Shown here one piece after another: positions 38,238 to 47,776 of a stretch of DNA of 64,000 nt. The notes below the pieces were generated by a model. That model did not search any database, was not told the DNA's origin, and was given only the letters and a program-made list of their open reading frames with translations. The stretch is from Candidatus Omnitrophota bacterium (lineage in GTDB: Bacteria; Omnitrophota; Gorgyraeia; Duberdicusellales; 4484-171), in assembly GCA_041652815.1 (NCBI GenBank), contig JBAZGN010000005.1, forward strand, positions 8,615 to 72,614, in the 5' to 3' direction. Position 1 is the first letter of the stretch; the number at the start of each line of letters is the position of its first letter. Both the position numbers and the translations under genes were made by a program.

Positions 38238-39082
38238 AAAATCCATATCGGACACAAAAAATCGCATTTTTCTTTTTACTCCTAGCAACTCTTTTAATTG
38301 TTATTCCTGTCGGTCTTATCGTCGTAATTATTATCCAGAAGGGTTTACCTGCGATAAATTGGCAGTTTCTTTCGGATATACCACGACAGGGGATGCGCGC
38401 AGGAGGAATATTCCCCGCCATTATAGGCACTATATATTTGGTTTTCGGTGCAATTATTTTTGCTCTGCCCATAGGGCTTCTGGCAGCGATATATTTAAGC
38501 GAATATTCCAAAGATAATTTACTTACCCGGATTATAAAATTAGCAATCATAAACTTGGCAGGCGTGCCGTCTGTCGTTTACGGCCTTTTTGGTTTAGCGC
38601 TCTTTGTAATATTTTTCAAATTTGGAGCGTCTATACTTTCTGGTTCACTTACGCTGGGGATAATGATTCTTCCTTTAATTATCACTGCTTCGCGTGAAGC
38701 TTTGGAAAGTGTTCCGCAAACCTTTCGCGAGGTAAGTTTATCTCTGGGAGCAAGCAAATGGCAGACTATCAGGCATATAGTTTTGCCTAATGCCATACCA
38801 GGCATATTAACCGGGACAATTTTAGGGTTAGGCAGAGCCGCCGGCGAAACAGCGCCAATTCTTTTTACTGTGGCAGCTTTTTATCTACCGCGGCTGCCAA
38901 AGTCTATTTTTGACCAGGCTATGGCTTTACCTTACCATCTTTATGTTATTTCAACGCAGGTACCTAATGTTGATGAGAAGATAAGATACGGAACGGCCTT
39001 TGTGCTCTTGGCATTGGTTTTGTTTATGAATTTGGTGGCAATAATAATACGTTATAAATTCAGAAGGAAGAAGAAATGGTGA
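38234..39082 (+). CDS. pstA: PstA permease, second system
   Basis: EVSLSLGASKWQTIRHIVLPNAIPGILTG. Overlaps its neighbours by 4 and 7 nt. Confidence 0.9.
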   Translation: MKNPYRTQKIAFFFLLLATLLIVIPVGLIVVIIIQKGLPAINWQFLSDIPRQGMRAGGIFPAIIGTIYLVFGAIIFALPIGLLAAIYLSEYSKDNLLTRIIKLAIINLAGVPSVVYGLFGLALFVIFFKFGASILSGSLTLGIMILPLIITASREALESVPQTFREVSLSLGASKWQTIRHIVLPNAIPGILTGTILGLGRAAGETAPILFTVAAFYLPRLPKSIFDQAMALPYHLYVISTQVPNVDEKIRYGTAFVLLALVLFMNLVAIIIRYKFRRKKKW

Positions 39083-39822
39083 AATTTAAGGTTCATGATT
39101 TAAATATATGGTTCGGCTCCATACATGCGATAAAGCAGGTAAGCATGGAGATAGAAGCTAATGAGATTTTAAGCATCATTGGCCCTTCTAATAGCGGTAA
39201 AACAACTTTCTTGCGTACGTTAAACCGCTTGAACGATCTAAGCCTAAGTTTTAAACTTACTGGCGCGGTGGAATTAGAAAGAGAAAATATCAAAGCGATA
39301 GATGTTGAGGTGTTACGCCGTAAAATAGGAATGGTTTTTGCGCTACCTCTACCGCTCCCGTTATCTATATTTGATAATGTGGCTTATGGGATAAAGATGC
39401 ATGGAGAAAGAAAAAAGAAAAAGCTTGCGGAAAAAGTAGAAGAAGCATTACGGCAAGCCTATCTTTGGGAAGAGGTAAAAGACAGGCTTAGTGAGTCAGC
39501 CTTTAAATTATCCGGAGGCCAACAGCAGCGTCTTTGTATAGCAAGAACATTAGCTGTTTGCCCAGAAGTAATTTTATTTGATGAACCTTGTTCCGGATTA
39601 GACCCTATTTCTACCGCAAAAGTAGAGGATGCTATGGTTAAGTTAAAAGAGAAATACACAATAGTTTTAGTGACTAATAACGTAAAACAAGCGGCAAGGG
39701 TTGGGGATAAAACCGCATTCTTTTTAAGTGGAGAGCTTATCGAGATAGATAAAACCGATAAGATTTTTACAGCGCCAGGAGATAAACGTACAGATGGTTA
39801 TATTAGGGGAAAATTTGGATAA
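39076..39822 (+). CDS. pstB: PstB-like ATPase, subunit 1 of a probable heterodimer (H-loop His replaced)
   Basis: Walker [10 protein letters not shown], signature LSGGQQQRL intact, Walker B ILFDEP, but the H-loop reads VLVTNN instead of VTHN. Confidence 0.85.
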   Translation: MVKFKVHDLNIWFGSIHAIKQVSMEIEANEILSIIGPSNSGKTTFLRTLNRLNDLSLSFKLTGAVELERENIKAIDVEVLRRKIGMVFALPLPLPLSIFDNVAYGIKMHGERKKKKLAEKVEEALRQAYLWEEVKDRLSESAFKLSGGQQQRLCIARTLAVCPEVILFDEPCSGLDPISTAKVEDAMVKLKEKYTIVLVTNNVKQAARVGDKTAFFLSGELIEIDKTDKIFTAPGDKRTDGYIRGKFG

Positions 39823-39824
39823 AG

Positions 39825-40577
39825 ATGAAAATAATAACTAAAAATCTAAATCTTTGGTACGGCAGTTTTCATGCCTTAAAAAATATAAATTCCTGTTTTG
39901 AAATAAACAGGATTACCGCGATAATCGGGCCATCTGGTTGTGGTAAGTCAACAATGCTACGGGTTTTTAACCGGATGAATGATTTGATTGAAGGTGTGCG
40001 CACAGAAGGTGAGGTTATAATTGATGAAGCAAATATTCTTGATGAAAATGCTGACTTAGTTACTTTACGTAAAAAAGTGGGGATGGTATTTCAGAGGCCT
40101 AATCCGTTTCCGTTATCTGTTTATGAAAATATTATTTTTGGAGAAAAAATCCATGGAGAAAGAGTAAAGCGAGATAGATTGGATGAAATAGTTGAAGAAA
40201 GCTTAAAAAGTGTTCTGTTGTGGGATGAGCTGAAAGATAAACTCAATGAACCAGCTTTAAGATTATCATTAGAACAAAGGCAAAGGTTATGCATTGCAAG
40301 GCTAATTGCCGTTAAACCCGATGTGTTATTGATGGATGAACCGTGTTCTGCTTTAGACCCCCAGGCAACCCAGAGGATTGAGGAATTAATGCGTGAACTA
40401 AAAAACAATTATACTATAATAATAGTGACGCATAACATGCAGCAGGCAGCGCGCGTTTCGGACGATACCGGATTTATGCTTTTAGGTGAATTGATAGAAT
40501 TTGGTAAAACCGAAAACATATTTACTGCGCCCCGCGATAAACGCACGGAAGATTACATCACCGGTAGATACGGATAA
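39825..40577 (+). CDS. pstB: PstB-like ATPase, subunit 2 (degenerate ABC signature)
   Basis: Walker [10 protein letters not shown], Walker B LLMDEP, H-loop VTHN intact, but the signature reads LSLEQRQRL instead of LSGGQ. Confidence 0.85.
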   Translation: MKIITKNLNLWYGSFHALKNINSCFEINRITAIIGPSGCGKSTMLRVFNRMNDLIEGVRTEGEVIIDEANILDENADLVTLRKKVGMVFQRPNPFPLSVYENIIFGEKIHGERVKRDRLDEIVEESLKSVLLWDELKDKLNEPALRLSLEQRQRLCIARLIAVKPDVLLMDEPCSALDPQATQRIEELMRELKNNYTIIIVTHNMQQAARVSDDTGFMLLGELIEFGKTENIFTAPRDKRTEDYITGRYG

Positions 40578-40595
40578 AAAAATCGGAGGTTTAAA

Positions 40596-41273
40596 ATGGA
40601 GAGACATGTTGATCAAGAATTAAAAGGGTTGAATAAAGAAATTCTGAAGATGAGTGCCTTAGTAGAAGAAGCCATCTGTAAATCTATTGAGGCGCTAAAG
40701 AACAGAGACAGGGGAATGGCCATAAGCGTCATAGATAATGACTCCAATATTGATAAGTTAGAATTATCCATAGATGAAAAGTGCATTGATTTGATAGCGC
40801 GCTATCAACCTATGGCTAAAGATCTCCGCTTTATTACCACCGGCATGAAAATAAATGCTGAATTAGAGCGGATAGCGGATATTGCTGTAGATATAGCCCA
40901 ACGCACGCTTGAAATAGTAGATAAGCCGCTCTTAAAGCCGCTAATTGATATACCTAAGCTAACAGTGGTTGCGCAAAACATGGTAAAGCTGTCTATAGAC
41001 GCATTTGTTAAAGGTGATATCGCGCTCGCCAAAAAAGTTTTACTGTCTGATTCCGAAGCTGACGAGCTTCGGAATATAATACAAAAAGAGCTTATCGAAG
41101 ATTACATGGTAAAAGATGGAACGACTGCTCCAAGGGCAGTGCAGCTGTTGTTGATAGCCCGTTTTCTGGAACGTATATGCGACCACACTACTAATATTGC
41201 CGAAGATGTGATTTATATGGTTCAGGCAGAAGTTGTAAGGCATCATCCTGAGAAATTAAAAAATGGAAAATAA
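40596..41273 (+). CDS. phoU: PhoU, second copy
   Basis: 225 aa. ELERIADIAVDI / ERICDHTTNI. Confidence 0.9.
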   Translation: MERHVDQELKGLNKEILKMSALVEEAICKSIEALKNRDRGMAISVIDNDSNIDKLELSIDEKCIDLIARYQPMAKDLRFITTGMKINAELERIADIAVDIAQRTLEIVDKPLLKPLIDIPKLTVVAQNMVKLSIDAFVKGDIALAKKVLLSDSEADELRNIIQKELIEDYMVKDGTTAPRAVQLLLIARFLERICDHTTNIAEDVIYMVQAEVVRHHPEKLKNGK

Positions 41274-41369
41274 AATGTCTACTTCTTGGCGAGGAAACAT
41301 CTCTCAAATTTACCAAAAACACTTGACAAGATTACGCCTTAGTGTTATCTTTCTAAGGAAGGTGTTACT

Positions 41370-41771
41370 ATGAGAACAATAAAAAGATTTGGCGTATCAT
41401 TAGAGGAAGAGCTGTTTAATGAATTGGATGCTATTGTCAAAAAGCATAAATTTCCTAACAGAAGCCAGGCCATCCGTTTTCTCATACGTAAGAATACAGC
41501 CGAAGAAGCATACGAAGAAAATAAAGAAGTTTCAGGAGCGGTTGTTATAATTTATGACCATCATAGAAGGGAGCTTGTTAATAAGTCATTAGATATCCAG
41601 CATGAGTTTACCAATATAATCTTAGCCAGCCAGCATGTTCATTTAAGCCATCACAGCTGTTTAGAGATAATCGCTCTTAAGGGGAAAGCTTCAAACCTTA
41701 AAGCGTTAGCAGATAAACTGATAGCCTTAAAAGGAGTAAAACACGGTAAGCTCGTAGTTACTTCAGCGTAA
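41370..41771 (+). CDS. nikR: Nickel-responsive regulator NikR
   Basis: Ribbon-helix-helix N-terminus (KRFGVSLEEELFNELDAIV...NRSQAIRFLI). C-terminal ACT-like domain with His/Cys cluster HVHLSHHSC. The promoter region contains a CCTTAG-N10-CTAAGG palindrome. Confidence 0.8.
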   Translation: MRTIKRFGVSLEEELFNELDAIVKKHKFPNRSQAIRFLIRKNTAEEAYEENKEVSGAVVIIYDHHRRELVNKSLDIQHEFTNIILASQHVHLSHHSCLEIIALKGKASNLKALADKLIALKGVKHGKLVVTSA

Positions 41772-41815
41772 AAATTTTTTTAATTTCTGGTAGCACGATT
41801 TTTAGAAAAGTAGCA

Positions 41816-41977
41816 ATGAATAATAAAAATGTAGCAACAGAAGATAAAGAAAAGCAGCAAATTCTTGCTGAAATTAAAACCGCAATGGAAAAAATAAAAT
41901 ATGGAGAAGTAGTGATTACGATCCATGATTCAGAAGTTGTACAAATTGAAAAAAGAGAGAAGAGGCGGTTTAAATAG
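41816..41977 (+). CDS. YezD/DUF2292-family small protein, 53 aa
   Basis: ...IKYGEVVITIHDSEVVQIEKREKRRF matches the DUF2292 signature (GxVxIxxxDGxVVQIExxEKxR). Not in the track because it is under 60 aa. Confidence 0.5.
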   Translation: MNNKNVATEDKEKQQILAEIKTAMEKIKYGEVVITIHDSEVVQIEKREKRRFK

Positions 41978-42065
41978 CGAATACTACTGCGCCCGCAGTG
42001 TCAGATATTAAATAGTAGTTTTTTCGACTGGACAACCAGAGAAAGAAATAAAGGAGGTTGTCCAG

Positions 42066-43412
42066 ATGCGGATAATTGCATTTTTAATTGGCATTTGTTT
42101 TTTTACAAATGCTTGTTTTGCTGAAGAAGTTTCCATAAAAGATGAGATTACTCAACTTAGGGCTCGCCTTGAAGTTTTGGAGCAGAAATTAGCTATCCAG
42201 GAAAAAAGTATGGGTGAACAAAAGCAGTGCATTCTAGACCAAAATAAGAAAATTTCCGATTACGAATCAAAACTAAGCCAATTTGATACGAAGTTACATC
42301 GCGAGGCAGGCAAACCCATTCCGCTCGTAGAAGGCCTTGATATCAGCGCCGGCGCTACAATGATTGTGCAGGGCACCAATAACGTAAACAGCGCTTCAGA
42401 TGCCGCGGCGCTAAAAGACAGCCGTGCTGATGGTTCCTATTCTACCGACATCACTATAGCTAAAGAATTTGAAGAAATCAGCGGCCGGGCCTTTCTGCAC
42501 CTTGAAAACGGCCAGGGCGAAGGACTTGAAGATAACCTTACCTTGTACAGTAATGTCAACCGTGACGCTGACGATGATGTCAATGTCAGGGTTACCGAAG
42601 CCTGGTATGAACAAGGTTTTTTCAATAATAAAGCAGCTATAACCTTTGGAAAGTTAGATCCTACGGTTTATTTCGACAACAATGAAGTTGCCAATGATGA
42701 AACTACCCAGTTTTTAGGCAGAATGTTTCGTAACGCTGCGACAATTGATTTTCCGGATAATACTGCCGGTATCCGCCTTGCCTACATGCCGAAAGAATGG
42801 ATTGAATTCAACTATGGCGTATTTGATGGAAACAATGATTGGGAAAAAATTACCGATAACCTGGTTAATATGGGCCAGGTAACTTTTAAAACTAACTTCT
42901 TCAATCTTCCCGGTAACTACCGTTTCTACGGCTGGAACAATAATACCTATTACACTAAATGGCTCGATGAAACTAAAAACAAAGAAAATGCCTATGGTTT
43001 TGGCTTAAGTTTTGACCAGAAGGCAAACGATATCGTAACTCTTTTTACCCGTTACGGTTGGCAGAATCCGGAAGTTTATAATCCTAATATCACGGCAACC
43101 GGAGATTTAAGTTATTCCCTTGAACAATCCTGGAGCGCAGGTTTTCAGGTGGAAGGTAAACCCTGGGGTAGAGAGAACGATGTAGCTGCTTTTGCGATTG
43201 GCCAGATTTTCCCTTCCGATAATTACAAAGAAGCCACCGGACGTCTGGGTAAATCCGAAGGCCATCTTGAAGCTTATTACAAAATATTTGTTAACAAGCA
43301 CCTTTCCTTAAGCCCTGATTTCCAATATATCTGGAATCCTTTTGGAAAAGATATACCAGATGATACAAACGGAGTGTTTGTAGGCGGAATGAGGACACAG
43401 GTGGATTTTTAA
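42066..43412 (+). CDS. Outer-membrane porin with long N-terminal coiled coil (OprB/carbohydrate-porin-like barrel)
   Basis: 448 aa. Signal peptide, ~60-aa coiled coil (ITQLRARLEVLEQKLAIQEK...), beta-rich body ending ...GGMRTQVDF. A CTGGACAACC-N18-GGTTGTCCAG inverted repeat abuts the start codon. Confidence 0.55.
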   Translation: MRIIAFLIGICFFTNACFAEEVSIKDEITQLRARLEVLEQKLAIQEKSMGEQKQCILDQNKKISDYESKLSQFDTKLHREAGKPIPLVEGLDISAGATMIVQGTNNVNSASDAAALKDSRADGSYSTDITIAKEFEEISGRAFLHLENGQGEGLEDNLTLYSNVNRDADDDVNVRVTEAWYEQGFFNNKAAITFGKLDPTVYFDNNEVANDETTQFLGRMFRNAATIDFPDNTAGIRLAYMPKEWIEFNYGVFDGNNDWEKITDNLVNMGQVTFKTNFFNLPGNYRFYGWNNNTYYTKWLDETKNKENAYGFGLSFDQKANDIVTLFTRYGWQNPEVYNPNITATGDLSYSLEQSWSAGFQVEGKPWGRENDVAAFAIGQIFPSDNYKEATGRLGKSEGHLEAYYKIFVNKHLSLSPDFQYIWNPFGKDIPDDTNGVFVGGMRTQVDF

Positions 43413-43561
43413 GTGAAACATTAACCCCGCACCCAGTCTGTATAAAAGAAAATTTAAGGGTACTGGGTGCGGAGTAATTCGCGCTAACATTTTTTCTGCG
43501 CCACGCCCGCTTTACAGCGGTCAGGGCTCGAAAAAATGTTGCGCTCATTAGGAGGTAAAAA

Positions 43562-43840
43562 ATGTGGTTAGCAACAACTTCTATTGCGGCAAGCTGTGCA
43601 ACTTTAGCTAAATTTGCTTTGCCAAAAAAATACAAATTAGGTTTTTTGGCTTTAATGTTATGGGGGGCGACAATAATGATTTTTATTGATCATATATTAG
43701 GGTACGAAGGCGGAGGGTTTTTAGAGAAAACAACAGATGGAATGATTAAGAATAGTACAGTGTTAGGGCTTGCAATGTTGGTGCCGGTGTTTATAATATG
43801 GGGAATATCACTTTTAATTTCAAATTTAAAAAGGAGGTAA
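43562..43840 (+). CDS. Small membrane protein (3 predicted TM), paralog A
   Basis: 92 aa. RBS ttaggaggtaaaaaATG. Shares LxxMLWGxxxMxxxxH and IWGI motifs with the next ORF. Confidence 0.5.
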   Translation: MWLATTSIAASCATLAKFALPKKYKLGFLALMLWGATIMIFIDHILGYEGGGFLEKTTDGMIKNSTVLGLAMLVPVFIIWGISLLISNLKRR

Positions 43841-43843
43841 CAA

Positions 43844-44158
43844 ATGGCTTGTTTTGTTGTTCCAATGAGTGCGGCAATAGTAACCACTGCTGTAAGCAAA
43901 AAAGTTCCTGAAAAATATCATCTTAGTTGGTTAAATGCGATGTTATGGGGCGGCGTGGCAATGTTGGCAGTTGAACATGTCACTCACGGCGAAGTTGTTC
44001 TTTATCCGCCCTTTCTAACCGCTGGCCTTCCTGAGGTTTTGCCGGAAATGGCAAGAGTTGGCATCCCGATGACCCTGTCTATTTTCCTAATATGGGGAAT
44101 AATGGTAACAGTAGCCGCGGTGATGAGTAAAAAATTAAAGTATGTAGAAACGCGATAA
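43844..44158 (+). CDS. Small membrane protein (3 predicted TM), paralog B
   Basis: 104 aa. RBS aaaggaggtaacaaATG. The HVTHGE motif and conserved LWG/IWGI segments parallel paralog A. Confidence 0.5.
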   Translation: MACFVVPMSAAIVTTAVSKKVPEKYHLSWLNAMLWGGVAMLAVEHVTHGEVVLYPPFLTAGLPEVLPEMARVGIPMTLSIFLIWGIMVTVAAVMSKKLKYVETR

Positions 44159-44179
44159 AGAATTACGATAGACATAACC

Positions 44180-44210
44180 AAGGCCCACCTATTAGGTGGG
44201 CCTTGTGTTT
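44180..44210 (+). terminator. Rho-independent terminator
   Basis: AAGGCCCACC-TATTA-GGTGGGCCTT perfect 10-bp stem followed by GTGTTTAT. Confidence 0.6.
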
Positions 44211-44293
44211 ATGCAATCTTAACTTCCACTTAAACCGTAAATGGAGAAGCCGTCCCTTTGTAGATTATTTCTGCCATTCGATGTTGGAATGCC

Positions 44294-44347
44294 TCTCTAA
44301 AACCCAAATATCTTGTCATAACGCTACATCGTCTATATAATTCTTCT
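44294..44347 (+). promoter_or_regulatory. Conserved motif copy 2, containing a consensus sigma-70 promoter (TTGTCA-17-TATAAT)
   Basis: TTGTCA at 44313-44318 and TATAAT at 44336-44341 with a 17-nt spacer. Near-identical to 4356-4401 apart from spacer length. The predicted TSS is about 44346-44348, at the start of the GC-rich element. Confidence 0.5.
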
Positions 44348-44557
44348 CTCCCATTGCCAGAGGCCACGGACTACGCCCGTGGACGAATGGTGGAGCGGGA
44401 CGCCGCCCCACTGGGACGTATTTAGAGAACAGGGACCATGGGTATGCCAATGGGGCTCCAGTATAAATAGGGAGGGGTTTTCCCTCGGTCGATGCGAGTG
44501 GGATCTCAATATTATGCCTTTCAACGTGCGAGGCAGAGAGATAATAGCGCCGGTTTT
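44346..44557 (+). ncRNA. Unclassified GC-rich structured RNA-like element, copy 2 (paralog of 4176-4355), with its own promoter
   Basis: Same ordered landmarks as copy 1: CCACGG-N7-CCGTGG hairpin, GGGACGCCGCCCCACTGGGA, and GGGGCTCCAG about 70 nt downstream of the hairpin. A second consensus promoter (44611-44639) follows, so this is probably an independent transcript. The overlapping track ORFs lack RBSs. Confidence 0.35.
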
Positions 44558-44610
44558 TAAATATGATCAGTACTATTTTTATGCCCAAGTATAGAAAAAT
44601 GAACTAAAAA

Positions 44611-44639
44611 TTGTCATTTAATTTGCTATCTGTTATAAT
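44611..44639 (+). promoter_or_regulatory. Sigma-70 promoter for the porin/MFS operon
   Basis: TTGTCA-17-TATAAT, 12 nt before the ATG region of the 44651 gene. Confidence 0.5.
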
Positions 44640-44650
44640 GTATACGACAA

Positions 44651-45982
44651 ATGAAGAAAATTATCACTTTCTCGATAGTATTTCTTCTAATAGCTAATTG
44701 TGCATTCGCGCAAGAGGCGATAATTTCTCCTTCCAAGCCTGCGACATTATTTCAACAATTAAAATCATGGTGGAGCGGTGAGTATTTTTTCGGTAATTGG
44801 GGCGGTAAACGGAAAGAATTAAGTGAGCGCGGAGTAGATTTTACCAGCACTTACGTTACCGACCTTTTAACGAATGTCCACGGCGGCATAAGAAAGAACC
44901 GTTTCCGTTATGACTCATCTTTAGGTTTGGATATTAACGTTGACCTTGAAAAAGTTTTCGCTTTAAACGGATTACAATTCCATATTTCTGGCGTCTATCG
45001 TGAAGGAAAAAACCTTTCCGGAGACATAGGTAATCGTTTCCCGCCTTCGAGTATCTACGGCTCAGAGTATGTACAGCTTTATAACCTTTATCTGGAACAA
45101 GAGATGTTTCAGGATAAGGTAAGCCTTAAAGTAGGGCGTCTTGGTACAGGAGACGACTTTGCGCAATCGCCGCTCTACGGGACATTTCTTACCAATTCCA
45201 TAGATGGCTGCCCCATCAGTTTGCCGATAAACTTTTTTTTCACGGTTTATCCAACCGCCACCTGGGGTGCCCGTTTGAAATTGAAACCGGCGAATGCTTT
45301 TGTGTGGCAGGGCGGGATTTATCACCAGGATTCAGGTGTTAGCCGCGAAGCTGCGCACGGAGCAGATTTAACATGGAGAAGCAATAAGGGAATTCTTTTC
45401 ATTCAGGAATTTAGTTTCTTGCCCAATCAATATGCTGAAGCAGAAGGCCTTCCGGGAAATTATAAATTAGGAGTTTTTTATTCCACGGGGCGTTTCAAGG
45501 ATTTATATGCGGACGAAAACGGAGGCTCTTATGCTTCAACGGGTTTGCTTCAGAAGAGGCGTTATGGAAATTACGGCCTTTACCTTCATGCCGATCAGAT
45601 GCTCTATCGCGAGCCGGATTCTAAAGACCAGGGGTTTACGCCATTTTTTGTAGTGGTATTGCAGCCAAGCGATATGAATGAACTACCGCTTTTCATAGAT
45701 TTAGGGCTTACTTATAAAGGATTAATTCCCGGCCGCGATAATGATGTTGCCGGAATAGGCCTTGCTTATGGCAAGTGGAGCAGGCAATTAAACAAACACC
45801 ATAGTGATGCCGGAGAAGAAAAACAGACATTTGAAACCGTAATTGAGGCTACTTATAAAATCGCCATAAACCAATGGCTATATTTCCAACCGGATATTCA
45901 ATATATCATTAATCCCAACGGCGGTAATCAGGATACTGGTAACGCTTTAGTTACCGGAGCAAGAATCGGCATTACCTTTTAG
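44651..45982 (+). CDS. Carbohydrate-selective porin (OprB family)
   Basis: 443 aa. Signal peptide. GNWGGKR..L...GV.F motif near the N-terminus. Barrel body ending ...GARIGITF. Confidence 0.65.
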   Translation: MKKIITFSIVFLLIANCAFAQEAIISPSKPATLFQQLKSWWSGEYFFGNWGGKRKELSERGVDFTSTYVTDLLTNVHGGIRKNRFRYDSSLGLDINVDLEKVFALNGLQFHISGVYREGKNLSGDIGNRFPPSSIYGSEYVQLYNLYLEQEMFQDKVSLKVGRLGTGDDFAQSPLYGTFLTNSIDGCPISLPINFFFTVYPTATWGARLKLKPANAFVWQGGIYHQDSGVSREAAHGADLTWRSNKGILFIQEFSFLPNQYAEAEGLPGNYKLGVFYSTGRFKDLYADENGGSYASTGLLQKRRYGNYGLYLHADQMLYREPDSKDQGFTPFFVVVLQPSDMNELPLFIDLGLTYKGLIPGRDNDVAGIGLAYGKWSRQLNKHHSDAGEEKQTFETVIEATYKIAINQWLYFQPDIQYIINPNGGNQDTGNALVTGARIGITF

Positions 45983-46035
45983 TTTTTATAAAGTTACGGA
46001 CGTTACATTCGTAACATAAATACAAGGAGGCAGAT

Positions 46036-47415
46036 ATGCCCAAGCCCCAACGTTTGGACAATCTTTTTATTATTTATATTATCGCCTTTATCGCAGCTTT
46101 GGCTGGTTTGCTCTTTGGTTATGATACAGGCGTAATTTCCGGAGCAATACTTTATCTGAAAGACCAATTCAACCTGACTTCCCTGGTTGTTGAGAGGGTA
46201 GTCAGTGCTGTATTGTTAGGTGCCGTTATCGGAGCAGCTTTTAGCGGAGCAATGGCAGATAAGCTTGGCAGGCGCCGCAGCATAGTGATTACCGCTTTGC
46301 TTTTTTCTATTGGAGCAGTCGGCAGCGCATTCTCGCCGAGTATCCTTGTTTTAATCGGCTGTCGTCTCCTTATCGGCCTGGCAATAGGCGTTGCTTCTTA
46401 TGTCGCCCCTTTGTATATTTCGGAAATTTCTCCCGCTAAAGCAAGAGGTTCTTTAGTTTCGCTAAATCAGCTGATGATTACCTGCGGCATAGTAGTTTCT
46501 TATCTGGTTGATTATATGCTGACACTCGGAAAAAACGAGTGGCGCTGGATGTTTGGCTTGGGTGCTATTCCGGCAACGATTTTGCTTATCGGTATGATTT
46601 ATCTTCCTGAAACCCCTCGTTGGCTTATCAGCAGAGGATTGATAGATAAAGCAAAGGATGTTCTTTGCCGCACCGGCTCAGCGGATAATATTGATAATGA
46701 GATAAAAAATATTTCCAGTTCCATATCCGATAAAGTCTGCTGCTGGAGCGAGGTTTTTGCACCCTGGGTGAGGCCGGCGCTTTTTGTGGGTATTGCTTTA
46801 GCTTTTTTTCAACAGGCAACCGGTATAAATACTATTATTTATTATGCCCCGACGATATTTGAATTCGCCGGTTTTGGGACGCATAAGGTAGCGATATTGG
46901 CTACCGTTGGAGTGGGGATGGTTAATGTTTTGATGACATTGGTAGCAATTTGGCTTTTGGATAAATTAGGCCGTAAACCCCTGTTGTATATCGGCATGGC
47001 TGGTATGGCATTAAGTTTGGCAGTTTTGGGAATAGCTTTCAATATGGCTACTTTATCAGGTTTTTTAAAATGGATTGCCGTAGGCAGTGTAGTCTTTTAT
47101 ATTGCTTCGTTTGCGATTAGCCTCGGGCCGATATTCTGGTTAATCATCGCCGAAATTTATCCGCTTAGAATTCGCGGAAGAGCAATGAGTTTGGCTACCG
47201 TGGCGAATTGGGGGTTCAATATGATTGTGGCCGCCACTTTTCTTACTTTGATTGAAAAGCTGGGCAAGGCAGGAACATTCTGGCTTTTTGCGTTGATTTC
47301 TCTTGCTGGAATAGTTTATTGTTATTTCTTTGTTCCCGAAACAAAGGGCTATACATTAGAACAAATTGAAGAGCATTTACATAGCGGCAAAGGTTTAAGA
47401 AAATTAGGCGCTTAG
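46036..47415 (+). CDS. MFS sugar porter-family transporter
   Basis: 12 TM. GRRRSI motif after TM2, PETPRWL, second-half repeat motifs, PETKG near the C-terminus. Confidence 0.85.
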   Translation: MPKPQRLDNLFIIYIIAFIAALAGLLFGYDTGVISGAILYLKDQFNLTSLVVERVVSAVLLGAVIGAAFSGAMADKLGRRRSIVITALLFSIGAVGSAFSPSILVLIGCRLLIGLAIGVASYVAPLYISEISPAKARGSLVSLNQLMITCGIVVSYLVDYMLTLGKNEWRWMFGLGAIPATILLIGMIYLPETPRWLISRGLIDKAKDVLCRTGSADNIDNEIKNISSSISDKVCCWSEVFAPWVRPALFVGIALAFFQQATGINTIIYYAPTIFEFAGFGTHKVAILATVGVGMVNVLMTLVAIWLLDKLGRKPLLYIGMAGMALSLAVLGIAFNMATLSGFLKWIAVGSVVFYIASFAISLGPIFWLIIAEIYPLRIRGRAMSLATVANWGFNMIVAATFLTLIEKLGKAGTFWLFALISLAGIVYCYFFVPETKGYTLEQIEEHLHSGKGLRKLGA

Positions 47416-47776
47416 AATAAATACCGGTTGGTGCAAAAATTACAAGTTATGTGAGTGAATTGCTTTCTTAATTCCGGAATTTTGCCGCTAATCTTTTCAA
47501 ATTCTACAAAACCTGCTTGTAGTGAGCATTTCACGGCGAGTTAATTTTGTTATCCAAAAAGTGAAGGCTGGTTTCATGGATATCAGTGCCAAAAACTCTC
47601 TATCTATTTTTTCTTGATTGCAATATATAAAAGAGTATAATCCTAATGAAAGTTTTTAAGGTGGAGGCCGCTTGAAGAAGATAAATAAAATTATAGTTGG
47701 ATTGGTGATTTTTTTGAATTAACCCAAGCCTTACAGAAATGCAAGCCTTGGGTTTTTTGTTTATGTAGTAAATAAT

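Noticed and set aside
43418-43471. CCGCACCCAGT...ACTGGGTGCGG 11-bp stem after the 42066 porin as a rho-independent terminator
   Set aside because: 24-nt loop and no trailing T-run. More likely a structured spacer element, mentioned under the NikR-unit finding.
4356-44347. The two copies of the 45-nt motif as att-type direct repeats bounding a 40-kb island
   Set aside because: The intervening DNA is core metabolism (GS/GOGAT, pyrG, carAB, pst). There is no integrase and no compositional shift.
44316-44594. Track ORFs 44316..44588(-), 44333..44524(-), 44379..44594(+) in the second GC-rich element
   Set aside because: Same reasoning. They overlap a consensus promoter and a structured GC island. 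No RBS and no protein-level conservation with copy 1.
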